Positions 49,403 through 64,000 of a stretch of 64,000 bases of DNA are shown here, piece by piece. The stretch is from Malacoraja senta. Its lineage: Eukaryota. The position numbers and the translations under genes are program-made. The number at the start of each line of letters is the position of its first letter. Within the stretch, counting starts at the first letter, position 1. The stretch is taken from contig JAXLNO010000174.1 of the NCBI GenBank assembly GCA_038087875.1, forward strand, positions 1 through 64,000, written 5' to 3'. The notes under the pieces are model-generated. The model had not been told where the DNA came from and made no database searches. It saw only the letters and a list, made by a program, of their open reading frames with translations.

Positions 49403-52005
49403 CAGGACCATTGTGTCATCCACATCTTTAGGCGTTAATACATGATCAGGTTTGCTCCACTTCTGCTTACTAATATCAAGGCAATAGGACATTTCTGTTC
49501 CTTTTGCGCTCTGTTTGAGATCGGCATTATGCCAAAATGTAAGGATGACCATGCCGCCGGTCATAGTTAACAGGTAACGTGTTTTCCGTAAAATAAGACC
49601 CACGCCCTTGGCTGTCACAATGGACGGATGGAGCGGGCAGTTTATGTTAACGTGTACCTAGAACATTTTGTATATTTTATGGAACACTGTCTGCAACTCA
49701 AACCACCCATAAAACAGAAATTAAACATCGGTCCATGAAAAAATGTGTAATTGTTGTTATATCTTCAGATATAATAACTCCCATTATGACGGATGAAGCG
49801 GGATGGGTGTGCATGGTGTCTGTTATTGCAGATTGTTCGCTACAATCTGCGTTATCATTATATGCGTCGTAGAAACAAACGACTGTAGTTGCTGTTTATA
49901 CACAAAAGGTCAAAATGTGTTGCAATAACTCAGCAGGTGAGGCAGCAGCTCTAGGGAAGATCGCGTGTCAGGTTTGGTCAAATCTATAGAATGTTGGGCC
50001 GCAAGTGATGATGATGGTGAGGTTGATAATGATGATGCTAGTTGATTCTTGTCCCTAGCTAAATGCAGTGAAAATATTTTCTATATTAAAATAAACATAA
50101 AAAAGACGCGTCAACGGCGCTAACAAAGTTACAAAAATTATTCATCGCTTCTTTACCCCCATCTGGATCCGTCGGGATCCCCCTCAGTACTCGGACCCTG
50201 CCTCCCTCCCACACCCACCCACACCGGTCCCCCATAGGTCTCGATGACGCTGCCCTTTCACATCGGTCGAACATCGAGACTCCGACGTCGGCCCCGCCTT
50301 GTCCTCCGTCCGAACGCAAGATTACGAACAGACCTCGTCCTGGCCCGACCCAATCTTGAAGCCCCACGACCCGACTTCGGTGTTCCGACCCGACCACGGC
50401 GCATCGACCATTCCTGCGCGTAGGCTTCACCGCGATGCCCTTGTGCCAAATCCATCTCCGTCGTCCGACCGCTGTGGTCTAGTCGAGCCTACTCGTCGGG
50501 CTGGCGTGGACCGCTACTCGTCGAGATTGTCCAGGCCCGCTACAAGCCGGGAATGTCGCGGACCGTTGCTCGCCGGGAAAACAAGGTGAGTGACGGCTGT
50601 GGCTTGCTAGAGGCCGGGGGAGAAACTCGGATCATTGTAGTCATTGGTCGCCGCCAGCGGGCGGCATGGAGTGCATGTTAGAGTTAGCAGCGGTCAGGAA
50701 CGCGGTTAAGGCGGCCGCGGCTGTGACGGCAATGTCTACCATATAACCATATAACCACATAACCATATAACCATTACAGCACGGAAACAGGCCATCTCGG
50801 CCCTTCAAGTTCGTGCCGAACACTTTTTTTATTTCCCCCCCCCTTCTTTCTGCTTACTTCCCCTTCATCACATCTACCTGCACTCAGACCATAACCCTCC
50901 ATTCCTTTTCCGTCCATATACCCATCCAATCTATTTTGAAAGGATAAAATCGAACCTGCTTCCTCCACTTCCACTGGAAGCTCATTCCACACAGCTACCA
51001 CACTCTGAGTAACAAAGTTCCCCCTAATGTTACCCCTAAACTTCTGTCCCTTAATTCTCAAGTAATATCCGCTTGTTTGAATCTTCCCTACTCTCAATGG
51101 CAAACGCTTATCCACGTCAACTCTGTCTAACACGCTAATCATTTTTAAGACCTCTATCAAGTCCCCCCTTACCCTTCTGCGCTCCAAAGAATAAAACCTA
51201 ACTTGTTCCTCCTTTCGCTGTAACTTAGTTGCTGAAACCCAGGCAACATTCTAGTAAATCTCCTCTGTATTTACTCTCTATTTTGTTGACATCCTTCCTA
51301 TAATTAGGGGACCAAAATTGTACTCCATACACCAGGATTGGCCTCACCAATGCCTTGTACAATTTGAACATTACATCACAACTTCTATATTCAAGGCTCT
51401 GATTTATAAAGGCCAGCACACCAAAAGCTTTCTTTACCACCCTATCTACATGAGATTCCACCTTCAGGGAACAATGCACAGTTATTCCTAGATCCCTCTG
51501 TTCAACTGCATTCCTCAATTCGCTTCCATTTACCATGTACGTCCTATTTTGATTTGTCCTGCCGAGATGTAGCACCTCACATTTATCAGCATTAAACTCC
51601 ATCTGCCATCTTTCAGCCCACTCTTCCAATTGGCCTAAATCTCTCTGTAGACTGTGAAAATCTACTTCATTATCCACAACACCACCTATCTTCGTATCAT
51701 CTGCATACTTACAAATCCAATTTTCACATACCATCATCCAGAACATTTATGTAAATGACAAACAACAGTGGACCCAACACAGACCCCCGAGGCACCCCAC
51801 TAGTCACCTGCCTCCAACCTGACAAACAGACATCCACCATTACTCTCTGGCATCTGACTTCCGGTGGCGCCATGTTAGATTAACAGACGTGCACCTAGCT
51901 CCGCTCTCGAAAATTTCACGATTCTTCGTGTAAAAACGGGTCCATATGTCGGGACTGGATGAAAAACCTTACCGGAGCTTCTGGTCGCCGGGCTGATGAC
52001 GTCAT

Positions 52006-52640
52006 AGCAAGAGGATTTGAGTATAGGAGCAGGGAGGTTCTACTGCAGTTGTACAGGGTCTTGGTGAGTCCACACCTGGAGTATTGCGTACAGTTTTGGT
52101 CTCCAAATCTGAGGAAGGACATTATAGCCATAGAGGGAGTGCAGAGAAGGTTCACCAGACTGATTCCTGGGATGTCAGGACTTTCATATGAAGAAAGACT
52201 GGATAGACTTGGCTTATACTCGATAGAATTTAGGAGATTGAGAGGGGATCTTATAGAAACGTACACAATTCTTATGGGGTTGGACAGGCTAGATGCAGGA
52301 AGATTGTTCCCGATGTTGGGTAAGTCCAGGGCAAGGGGTCACAGCTTAAGGATAATGGGGAAATCCTTTAAGACCGAGATGAGGAAAAACGTTTTCACAC
52401 AGAGAGTGGTGAATCTCTGGAACTCTCTGCCACAGAGGGTAGTTGAGGCCAGTTCATTGGCTATATTTAAGACAGTTAGATGTGGCCCTTGTGGCTAAGG
52501 GGATCAGAGGATATGGAGAGAAGGCAGGTACGGGATACTGAGTTGGATGATCAGCCATGATCATATTGAATGGCGGTGCAGGCTCGAAGGGCCGAATGGC
52601 CTACTCCTGCAACTATTTTCTATGTTTCTATGTTTCTATG
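52006..52640 (+). mobile_element. CR1 3' fragment inserted in the L1 5' UTR
   Basis: ARGFEYRSREVLLQLY...FTQRVVNLWNSLP; (TTTCTATG)n tail; gtcat duplicated at 52001-52005 and 52640-52644. Confidence 0.9.
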
Positions 52641-55426
52641 TCATCAGTAGGCGCGATGTTTCTAACGGTGGCTTAAAGACTTTTAAATGAGCAAACTGTC
52701 TCCAGCCAAGTGCCCTCAGAGATCAGTGAAAAAGCTGCTGAAAAAACAGAAGAAGCCTGAAGGAGAAGTTACCTCTGAAGTTTCTGAAGTGGCTGCAGAA
52801 ATGGATACAAGATCTAAGACAGAGTCGGTTAAGGACAAAGAATTTCATGATTTGAAGAAAGTGAAAGATATGAAAGATGAAATTTTGGATGAAAATAAAA
52901 CTATGATGGGAAAAATGATGGAAAAAATCGAAAAGATTTTGAAGGATTCGAATGCTGGTAATCAGAAGGCTATTGATGCTGGTAATCAGAAGGTGATTGA
53001 TTCACTTTACACCATAAATAAACGAATTGATGATATGAAAGATGGACTATCGGGGAGAATGGATAAGATGGGTAAAATTACTACGGAAAGGTTCACGGCT
53101 GTGCTTCAAACAGTAGCTGCAAGTATGCTCACAATTACGGAATTGGAGAAAATATGGCTCGAGTGGTTGAAGACATGGTGAAAATGAGGCAAGAACATGA
53201 TCAAACGAAGCAAGAATATGAGCAAACTTCAGTACAGATGATGACTCAACTGGGGAAAGTCTCAGACAAATGCCTGGACCTGGAAGCTCGCTCTAGACGC
53301 CAGAATTTGAGAATTCTTGGAGTCTCAGAGGGAACCGAGGGAAAGGACGTTCGTGAGTTTGCCATGGACTTACTTAAACATCTGCTTAATCTTTCCAAAG
53401 AACCGAAAATTGAAGTGGCTCATCGTGTTCCAATATTTAAACCGAGATCTCTAGCTGGAAAAGCTCACCCACGACATATTATTGTGACATGTCTGGACAT
53501 TTTAGAACTGGAAGATGTGATGAGCAAAATCAAATACGGAGTGCAGCTACGGATGGACAATGACATTATCAAAATATTAAGGGACTATCCGTATGAAATT
53601 GTGCAAAAGAGAAATCAATTCGGGAAGGCTAAAGAGCTTTTAAGAGGGAAACAAGGTGTCAGATACGGTGTTTTTTATCCAGCCAAAATGCGTATTTCTT
53701 TTAATGGTTCTGAAAAGTAATTTGGAAAACCTGAGGATGCGTACAAATATGCCCAGAGCATCGTTGAAAAATAGAAATTAATAGCATGAATTAATTCTTT
53801 AATAAAAACAAAAAACTAGAATTCCACGGTTAATGGAGGTTTGGCAGATTAGAACCATTCCAAGCAGTGTTTTGTTTAGGATGGCTAGACTGTTATCTAC
53901 GGAATTTCGAATCAAGGACACTCTCTGTTCAAAACGAGTAAACAGCTGACCTGAAGTGAATGTAATATACCAGAAGCCTTATTTGTTTAATAGACTACAA
54001 TATTAAATCCAATTGTAAGAATTGATCCTATTAACAACCTAACAATTTAACACGTTATCTATGTTAGATTAGAATAGCTACGGACGCTAATAAAAATAAA
54101 GAATAACGAAATAACAAAACTAATATAAATGTTTACTAAATTCAAACCTTATCTATAACTGGGAGGAGGGGATGAGAAACGAGCACCTGGCTTAGGCCCA
54201 GGGGCGCGTCTCGTTAACCCCTTCAACCAACAGTTGACTATGATTGAAGCTAAAATCATTTGTTTAATAATTAGTATCTAAAATTGCGATATATATATGA
54301 TATGTTATAATGAAATATACAGGGTAAAATTGTATTATATATCTGAATGTGAGGCCCTGTTCTAATATGTTATGATTAACCAAGAGAACGGAGTTATTTG
54401 TTTAACACCAACAATGGAAGTCGAAACAAGGTTTTCTCCCACCTACAGGTGGGCCACTTGTTACAGTGTCGACTATTTTAGACACTGTATTTTCACTTTT
54501 TTAAAAAATTATCACATAAATTTACATGTTTGTGTTTTGTGTTTAGTGATAAGCGTAAAAGGTATATGCCAACAAAACATAGACATTCAAAGGTTCCCCC
54601 AATACCCAAAGACTATGGATATGGACGCACCACAATATTTAAAGGTACTATAATTATTCAAAATGCAAGATGCTAAACAAAAGAACCTAGGAGGAGTCTC
54701 ATTCTGTAGTTGGAAAATAAGAGGTATTAACGAACCTATTAAAAGGGGTAAGATAGTAGCTCAGCTGAAACTGTACAATTCTGACATTATCTTCTTACAA
54801 GAAACTCATCTAAAATCACATGATCCAGCTAGGTTGAGGGCGAAATGGATAGGTCAAACGTACCATTCTTCATTTACTTCGAAATCTAGAGGTACGTCAA
54901 TCATTATAAGAAAACGTATACCATTCAAAGCAAAGAATACCATAACAGACATTGAAGGGAGATACTTAATAGTTAATGGAGAAATTCATGATACTCCAAT
55001 TACCTTGGTAAATATATACGCGCCTAACTTTGACAACCCTAATTTTTTCAATAAAATTCTGAACATAATCGCAGAGTTTAATTATCAAAATGTTATAATA
55101 GGAGGATACTTTAACTGTGTTTTAGATCCGTATTTAGATAAATCAAGCCAAAAACAGAGAGGGAATACGAAATCTAAAACCGGTGAACTTTTAAATACTT
55201 ATATAAACAATACTAATATAGCAGATGTTTGGAGAATTGTTAATCCAACTAGCAGGGAATACTCGTTTTATTCAATGGTACACAAAACATACTCACGTAT
55301 AGATTATTTCCTGGTGGACACAAAATTATGCCCTCATACTTTTAACCCAACATACCATACCAATTCGATTTCAGACCATTCACCACTAACTTTCTTTTTA
55401 AAACTGGAAGGAATGTCTAAGAATAA

Positions 55427-55534
55427 GTGTTAAAGAAGGAACTGCAGATGCTGGAAAATCGAAGGTACACAAAAATGCTGGAGAAACTCAGCGGGTGCAG
55501 CAGCATCTATGGAGCGAAGGAAATCTTATAAGAG
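55427..55534. mobile_element. 108-bp Penelope terminal-repeat fragment inserted in L1 ORF2
   Basis: Matches 38069-38158; 12-bp direct repeat gtctaagaataa at 55415-55426 and 55535-55546. Confidence 0.85.
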
Positions 55535-58500
55535 GTCTAAGAATAAACCGTTTTGGAGATTTCATTCTGACATCCTAAAAGATCCACAAGCGAGTATATA
55601 TTTAAAAGAACAAATGGACGCCTTTTTGGAAATAAATGACACTCCAAATATATCGCCTACTGTATTATGGGAATCATTTAAAGCATACATTGGAGGTATT
55701 ATAATTTCATATCAAGCTTTTCAAAATAAAAATAAGAAGAATGAACAAAGACAGTTAGAAGAAACGTATTAGACAAATGGATATAGATAATGCTAAAGAT
55801 CCATCAATAGATAAACATAATAAAATAATAATTTTGAAATTTAAATTAAATAAACTATTATCAGCCAAACTTATAAGACTTTTTCAAATGACAAAACAAG
55901 AGCACTTTGAATTTGGGGATAAACCGCATAAACTTTTGGCTCGCCAGCTAAAAAAACGAGAAAAGGAACATACGATCCCAAACATTAAATCAGATAGAGG
56001 GGAATTATTAACCATACCGAAGGATATTAATAAAAGATTTGCGCAATTTTATGATAATTTGTATATATCTAAAACGACAACTGACTCCTATAAAATTACA
56101 GAGTTTTTGGATAATTGTAATCTTCCAAAGAGAGTTGAAGAAATAAGAGGAATTGGGACCACAAATCTCAATTAAGGAATTAGAAGATACAATAAACTCA
56201 TTAAAGAATGGAAAAACACCAGGTCCTGATGGATTTACTAATGAATTTTATAAAAGCTTCTACGACAAAATTATATCACGATTACAAAAAATGTACCAAT
56301 ATGCTTTAAAAAAACAAATATTACCTGATACACTAGCTGAATCAACGATCACACTAATACTTAAAAAAGACAAATATATAGAAGAACCGGGTTCATATAG
56401 AGCTATAGCATTGTTAAACACAGATCAAAAAATATTAGCGGAAACACTAGCTAGAAGATTAAGTAAATATATTAGTAAACTAATAAACCCAGATCAGACG
56501 GGGTTTATCCATAAAAGATATGCATCTAATAATATGAGACGTCTACTCAATATAATGCATTCACATAAATCTGAAGAAAAAGAATTATCAATCATTTCGT
56601 TGGACGCTGAAAAAGCATTTGACCAAGTAGAATGGAATTATATGGATAAAGTATTACAAAAATTCCAACTGGAAGAGAATTTTATTTTATGGATTAAACT
56701 ATTATATAATAAACCTACAGCTAGAATATTAACTAATAACATATTATCCTCGAAATTTCAACTATCAAGGGGAAATAGACAAGGATGCTCATTATCACCA
56801 CAGTTGTTTGCTCTCATAATTGAACCGTTAGCAGAAAAAATTAGAACACATCCAGATATCCATGGGTATAATACTAAACATTCAAATAATAAAATATATT
56901 TATACGCGGATGATATATTATTGTACAATACAAAACCTCAAATTACTATACCAAATATATTAAACTCAATTGAGGATATTGGATCCTTTTCTGGATATAG
57001 AATTAATTGGAATAAAAGTGAAATTATGTCAATAAAACCGAAAGACTCAACACATCTTTTAAAATTCCCTTTTAAAATAGCTACAGAAAAAATTAAATAC
57101 TTGGGAATCGAAATCACTAGAACATATCAAGGCATGTTTAAAGCAAATTTTGATCCTTTACAGAATAAATTAAATACACTAATTACATTTTGGAAAACGC
57201 TCCCGATGTCTTTAATAGGCCGAATAAATGCAATAAAAATGAGTTTCTTACCACAAATTTTATACCTATTTCAATCGATTCCTATATACCTACCAAAGAA
57301 GTTAAAAAAAACCTGGATTCAGACATTACGAATTTTATATGGGACTATAAATCACATAGAATACAAAGAACACACTTGAACAAAGCTAAAGTATTAGGGG
57401 GCTTACCACTCCCTAACTTCATGTATTACTATTGGTCAGTAAATATTAAAAATATGATTCAACTGATGGACAACTCTGCCCAGCAAGTGGACTGGATTGT
57501 AATGGAGAGAGAGGACTGCTCCTCTGGAAACATTGGAGCGATGCTTCTCTCACCAATGAAACTGAATAACATAAATTATAACAAAAACCCAATTATACAT
57601 AGCACAATCAGAACTTGGAAACAAATAAAACAAAATTTAAAATTAAGAAATTTATCGCTTTTATCTATCATAATTAATAACCCTTCATTTTATCCCTCTA
57701 TTACAGACACATCTTTCATACAATGGGATAGACTAGGAATTAAAACGTTCGGTGACTTGTACGAAACTGGAAAATTACTATCATTCGAACAATTACAAAT
57801 AAAATATAAACTCGGAAATAATCAATATTTTAAATATTTTCAAATATGTGACTTTTTGAAAAAATATACAAAAAATCATCATAATACCTCAACAGATGTA
57901 TTGGATGAAGTAATGCAGATAAAAGCTGAATCAGCAAACTTAATATCATATTTGTATAATATTATCTTAAATGTAGAAATACCATCTACGGAAGGTATTA
58001 GAGGAGACTGGGAACAAGAATTAGCTATTAAAATCTCAAACGAAAGGTGGAATGAACATTTATTAAACGTGCATAAATGTTCGGTTAATGTAAGACACAC
58101 TTTAATACAATTTAAAATTTTACATAGATTATATTATTCTAAAACTAAAATCAATAAAATGTTCCCAAATGTATCGTCAATTTGTGATAAATGTCAATCT
58201 CAAGAAGCTACAATAGCGCACTCATTTGTTTTCTGTACAAAAATTCTAAAATATTGGATTGACATTTTTGAAATCTTTACAAAATTATTTAAAATTAAAC
58301 TGATACCCAAAGCAGAATGGATCATCTTCGGAACAACGGAAGATAGTCCAGAACTAAATGTGTTCCAAAAGAAATTAATAGACTATGGGTTAATAACTGG
58401 AAAAAGGTTAATCCTAAAATTCTGGAAAAGCGCTCCAATACCAACTATAACCATGTGGATTTCAAATATGTACGAAACATTACACCTAGAAGAGATAAGA

Positions 58501-59939
58501 CTCCTCCTGGCAGGTAAACCAGATCACTTCCACCTGACGTGGTCTGCATTTATAGAATTATTACAAGTATAGGGTGAAAAAGAAGGGTAAGGGGGGAAGA
58601 ATGCTGGAGAGTTGGTATGTCCCATTTGCGTGATGCTTACAAAAAAGTATTTGTTTTTCTCTTTTCCCTCTTTCTCTTTTTTCTTCTTTTTTAGGGTCTA
58701 TTTCTTAACTCTTTCTTTTTGTTTTTAATTTCTTTCTTATAGGGTCTTTGTTTTTTGTTTTTGTTTTTTGTTGTCACGTTTTTTACACTTTCACTTTTTT
58801 CCTTCACTTTCTTCTTTCTCTCAATCTCATCCTTTCCCTTTATTAGTAGAAAATAAACGGAGTACATTAATTGTAATAAGATATATGTGATGAGTACTAG
58901 TGTAATTGGTTGTAATGTAATGTACTTCCAATAAATAAAAATAAAAAATAAAAAATAAAAAATAAAAAATAAAAACAACTCTCTGGCCACTGTTAAATCC
59001 ATCTTTATACTCCACCATTAATACCCAACAATTGAATCTTCTTAACCAACAATCCATGAGGAACCTTGTCAAAGGCCTCACTGAAGTCCATATAGACAAC
59101 ATCCACTGCTTTACCCTCATCAATTTCCCTAGTAACTTCTTCGAAAAATTCAAGAAGATTAGTCAAACATGTCCTTCCAGGCACAAATCCATGTTGACTG
59201 TACCTAATCAGACCATGCTTATCCAGATGCTTATATATATTATCTCTAAGTATCCTTTCCATTAATTTTTCCACCACTGACGTCAAACTAACAGGTCTAA
59301 AATTGCTAGGTTTACTCTTAGAACCTTTTTTTATACAACGGAACAACATGCGCAGTACGCCAATCCCCCGGCACTATTCCCGTTTCTAATGACATTTGAA
59401 ATATTTCTGTCATAGCCCCTGTTATTTCTACATTAACTTCCCTCAATGTCCTAGGGAATATCCTGTCAGGACCCGGAGACTTATCCGTTTTCATATTTTT
59501 CAAAAGTGTCCGCACCTCTTCTTTGAATCTCACACTTTCCATTGCTACGCTGCTTGTTTCCCTTACCTTACATAATTCCATATCCTACTCCTTGGTGAAT
59601 ACCGAAGAAAAGAAATTGTTCAATAACTCTCCCATCTCTTTTGGCTCTGCAGATAGCTGTCCACTCTGTCTCTCTAATGTACCAATTTTATTCCTTGTTA
59701 TTTTTTTGCTATTAATATGTCTGTAGAAACCCTTTGGATTTACTTTCTCCTTATTTGCCAAAGCAACCTCACGGTTGTCGAACCACGGTTGTCCAGGGTA
59801 TACCTACAATTCACCGCCCATCTGATACCCGTTCGCTTGAGTATTAAGTCCGAATTGCGGCTCCTTAATCCTATAAAACACCTCGTGTCCAAGATGTGTA
59901 ACGTCGGGGAAATGAGTTCCCATAAGTCATGTCATAAAT

Positions 59940-61060
59940 GATGCGAGAAGAATTAGGCCATTCGGCCCATCAAGTCTACCCGCCACTTAATCATGGCGGA
60001 TCTATCTCCCCACCCCCTAACCCCATTCTCCTGCATTATCTTGAATTCCCTGTGGATCGATTAAAGAGTTAGATAGAGCTCTAGGGGCCAGCGGAATCGA
60101 GGGATACGGGGAGAAGGCTGGCACGGGTTATTGATTGGGACTATCAGCTATGATCACAATGAATGGCGGTGCTGGCTCGAAGGGCCAAATGGCCTCCTCC
60201 TGCACCTATTTTCTATGTTTCTATGTTTCTATGTTTCTGACCATATTCTCCGACACACGTACCAATAAAAGGTCTATCTAAATCTGCCTTACCAATCTCC
60301 ATTGACTTGGCCTCCACACATTCTGTGGCAAATACTTCCACAGATTCACCACCCTCTGATCATAGACAATCCTCCTCATCTCCTTCCTAAAGGAACGTCC
60401 TTTATTTCTGAGGCTACGACCTTAGGTCCAAGACTCTCCCACCAGTGGAATCATCGTATCCGCATCTACTTCATCCAATCTCTTCATTATTTGGTACGAT
60501 CCAATGAGCTCCTCCCTCATTATTCTAACCCCCGCTAGTACCAACAAATGCCATCAAACGCTCATCATATTTTAACCCGCTCATTCCTGGAAACCTTCTT
60601 GTAAACATCTTCTGGACCCTCTCGAGAGCCAGCACATCCTTCCTCGGATATGGTGTTCAAAACTGCTCACAATGCTCCAAATGCGGCCTAACCAGCATCT
60701 TATAATGCCTCAGCGTTACATCCATGTATTGGTATTCGCGCCCCCTTGAAATAAATGCTGGCATCGCGTTTGCCTTATTTAATACCGCTTCGATTAGCAA
60801 ATTACTTTTTGTGAAAACTGCAGCGACATCCCCAAGTCCCTTGGCACCTCTGTGACATTATTCCTCCTACCAAAATGCATGAGTGCACACGTTTGTAAAC
60901 TACATTCGAGCTCCCACTCCTCTGGCGACTCTCACAACCTGCCCCAGCCCTTCTGCAGGGTCGCTGTTTTCTATTCACTACCAGCCTCTCCAACTACTTT
61001 CGGATCATCCGCATACATGGCCACAATGCCTTCAATCCCCCCAACCAACGCATCAATATA
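59940..61060. mobile_element. Old minus-strand CR1 3' region with a nested plus-strand CR1 tail (about 60050-60238)
   Basis: ggccattcggcccatcaag CR1 3' hairpin region; (TTTCTATG)n at about 60210-60238. Confidence 0.7.
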
Positions 61061-61399
61061 CCACAACTGCCCACTTAATAACCTTCAGAGCATTTTGACA
61101 TCTAGTGAGGTAGTAAGCATATAAATCTCCTAAACAGGTGAAATATTTTAAAGATGAAACCGGGAACAAGTATATGAGTTTTATGTGAAAATGGCTGAAG
61201 GATGTAAAATCATATATTCGCGGCAATAGAGTAGTTTAAGAACCCTGAATTACCGTTGTTTTTCTTTGAGTAAATGGCGTACCTGCCAGCGGCACAACTG
61301 AAAATCTTCAAATATTGTATTTCTGAGGTCACCTGTATTAAAGAATCTTCAGAAACCAGCGATGTAATTAACGAGCTGCTAACGCATTTAAATGCACTA

Positions 61400-64000
61400 T
61401 AGCGCTACTGCGATCTCCCGACTATGAGGGTTTTCCCGATCGGAGGGGAATCGCCGACCTCGCGGAGGGGCGCAGGTACAGTAAGTATTATATCTGTAAA
61501 CACCGGTGAGGCCTTCATGGAGTCCGGAATCGAGGCCGACGGGAGGGATCGCCTAGTAGCAACGGAGCTGGAGGAGCCGACTGCAAGGGAATCCCTGATC
61601 TCAGGGGAAACCCCGACCTCACGGAGTCTCGCAAGTACTGTCCCTGTAAACACCGAGGACGTCTTCATGGTGTACGGAAACGTGATCGTCGGGCAGGACT
61701 ACAAGGAACGGTGAACCGTAGGGGACCTCGGCCCCCTCGCTCTACCACCCTTCCAGCTAAAGTACGGTCACTAGAAACAGTGGAGGACTTAAGGTTAAGG
61801 CTGCTTTACCAAAGGAGCTGAGGTAATATTATGTGTTACGTTACACAGGGACATGGCTCACCTCCAGATCCACAGATTCAGCGGTACAGCCTGAAGTTTT
61901 CTCCATCCACCGTATGGACCGTACGCACGCATCTGGTAAAGGGAGAGGAGGGGGCGTCTGCCTCGTGGTCAACTCTTCGTGGTGCTCAGACGTGGCAGTC
62001 CTATCTAACTCCTGGTCTCCGCAGCTGGAACACCTGGCGGTGAAGTGCCGCCCCTTCTTCCTATCTAGAGAATTCACCTCCATCATCCTGACCGCGGTCT
62101 ACATACCACCCCAGGCAAACGTCCGTCTGGCAGTGGAGGATCTGCACGCCGATGTCAACATGCACCAGACGGCTTACCCCGAGGCATTTACCACCAGAGC
62201 CGGGGACCTCAACAAAGCCAACCTTGAGCAATCGCTCCCTATCTTCCACCCACATGCCTCCTGCAGCACGTGGGATAAAGTGCCTCGACCATTGCTACAT
62301 GACCATAAAGATTGCCTATCGCTCTATCCCTCGCCCTCATTTCGGTAAATCCGACCATACTGCGGTGCTACCTCTTCCTGCCTACAGGCAGCAATAGAAG
62401 AGCGCACCCACAGAGGTGAGGAGTGCATAGAGCTGGTCGGGGGGTGGGTGTTGGCGGTGTGGGCAGTGGAGCAACTCCAGGACTGCTTGGAGTCCGTAGA
62501 GTGGAAAATGTTTAGGGACTCGGCAACAGACATGAATGAATACGCCACAGTCGTTACAGACTTCGTAAAGAAATGTGTTGAGGACTGCACCCTAACAAAA
62601 ACCTTCCGAGTGTTTCCTAACCAGAATCCTTGGATGAACCATGAGATCCGCATTATTCTGAAGACGAGATCCCGGGCATGCAGGTTTGGAGATATGGAGG
62701 TCTACAAGAAATGCAGATACGAACTTGGTAGACCATCAAAAAGGCTGAAATGGTCTTCTGCTCGAATCAGGAGGATTGAAACATAGACATAGACTATATG
62801 TGCAGGAGGAGGTCATTCGGCCCTTCGAGCCAGCACCGCCATTCTTTGTGATCAGGGATGATCGTCCCCTATCAATAACCCGTGCCTGCCTTCTCCCCAT
62901 ATCCCTTGATTCCACTAGCTCCTAGAGCTCTATCTAACTCTCTTTTAAATCCATCCAGTGAATTGGCCTTCACTGCCCTATGTGGCAGGGAATTTCACAA
63001 ATTCACAACGATCTGGGTGAAAATGATTTTTGTCACCTCAGTCTTAAATGGCTTCCTCTTCATTCTAAGTCTGCGGCCCGTGGTTCTGGACTCGCCCAAC
63101 ATTGTGAACATTTTTCCTGCATCAAGCTTGTCCAGTCATTTTATAATTTTATATGTTTATATAAGATCATCCTTCTGAACTCCAGTGAATACAAGCCTAG
63201 TCTTTTCATTCTTTCCTAATATGACAGTCCCTCCATCCCAGGGATCAATCTCGTGAACCTACGCGGCACTGCCTAAATCACAATGATGTTCTTCCTCAAA
63301 TTCGGAGACCAAACTGGACACAATACTCCAGATGTGGTCTAACCAGAGCCCAATACAACTGCAGGAGAACCTGTACTAAAATCCTCTTTTTATGAAGGCC
63401 AAACTTCCATTAGCTTTCTTCACAGCCTGCTGTACCTGCACAACAACTTTCAGTGACTGGTGTACAAGGACGTCCAGGTATCGCAGCACCACCCACTTGA
63501 TTAACCTAACCGCATTGAGATAATAATCTGCCTCCTTATGTTTGCCGCCAAAGTGGATAACCTCACATTTAACTATATTTTACTGCATCTGCCACGCATC
63601 CGCCCACTCACTCAACCTGTCCAGGTCACCCTGCAACCTCCTAATATCCTCTTCACAATTCACACTGTCACCCAGTTTTGTGACATCCGCAAACTTGCTA
63701 GTGTTGCTCCTAATTGCCTCTGCTAAATCATTAATATATATGGTAAACAGTTGCGGCCCCAACACCGCGCCTTGCGGCACTCCACTCGCCAATCGCCAGG
63801 ATGAGAGAGGTGTTCGGCTACGGCGGCGGGGCTTGAATGCCATTACCTCCAACAAGGCGAAATCTGGAGGCAGCTCAAATGTCAGCGAAGCATCACTCCC
63901 TGACGAGCTCAATGCCTTCTAAGCACGCTTTGATTTGGAGAACACTGATGTGCCTTCCCGAGCCCCCATTCGCCGTGATGGTATTCCATTAATTGTCACA
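61400..64000 (+). mobile_element. Rex1/Babar-type LINE (APE region onward) interrupted by a minus-strand CR1 (about 62778-63790)
   Basis: SGKGRGGGVCL, TAVYIPPQ, HFGKSDH, FPNQNPWMN. 63930-64000 matches the Rex copy near 16860-16925. The CR1 insert has GVPQGAVLGP. Left boundary uncertain. Confidence 0.8.

Larger units (their letters stand above)
51856..58975 (+). mobile_element. Near full-length L1/Tx1-type LINE (5' UTR, ORF1, spacer, ORF2 APE-RT-C-terminal Cys/His motif, 3' UTR, tail)
   Basis: ORF1 52687-53720 (LEARSRRQNLRILGVSEG, one frameshift); ORF2 54663-58572 (LQETH, YSRIDYF, SDHSP, DAEKAFD, RQGCSLSP, YADD, CDKC...H...C) with several frameshifts. (AAAAAT)n tail. TSD actctctggc at 51842-51851 and 58978-58987. 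Confidence 0.93.
50740..59770 (-). mobile_element. CR1 LINE split by an L1 insertion (parts 50740-51855 and 58978-59770)
   Basis: Both parts are collinear with the CR1 at 3985-5900; (ATGGTTAT)n tail at 50740-50775. Confidence 0.9.

Noticed and set aside
49397..49870. Apparently unique sequence with a 73-aa ORF and a possible acceptor
   Set aside because: No recognisable family, no defensin Cys pattern and stops in alternative frames; cannot be supported without a search.
61106..61127. let-7/miR-98-like start TGAGGTAGTAAG
   Set aside because: Only about 12 nt match and I see no complementary arm for a pre-miRNA hairpin.

Overview
Vertebrate genomic DNA dominated by nested retroelements: CR1, L1/Tx1-type, Rex1/Babar, Penelope-like, Vingi/Ingi-like, a Gypsy remnant and tRNA-derived SINEs. 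This repeat mix and a GPR139-like pseudogene suggest a cartilaginous fish such as a skate (inference). Hidden among the repeats, and missed by the ORF track because they are spliced and short, are three paralogous minus-strand beta-defensin-like loci about 20-22 kb apart. Two look intact: 22230-22149 + 21326-21214 (64 aa) and 44114-44033 + 41297-41179 (66 aa). Both have a TATA box, signal peptide, phase-1 GT-AG intron, C-X6-C-X3-C-X11-C-X5-CC core and AATAAA. The third (1846 to about 786) is a pseudogene. Second highlight: a 140-bp retroposon with a 13-bp TSD (39474-39613, minus) whose 5' 53 nt fit a minimal HDV/CPEB3-type ribozyme fold and whose 3' end resembles the Vingi-like LINE in the same window. 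All calls are by eye; repeat boundaries are approximate.
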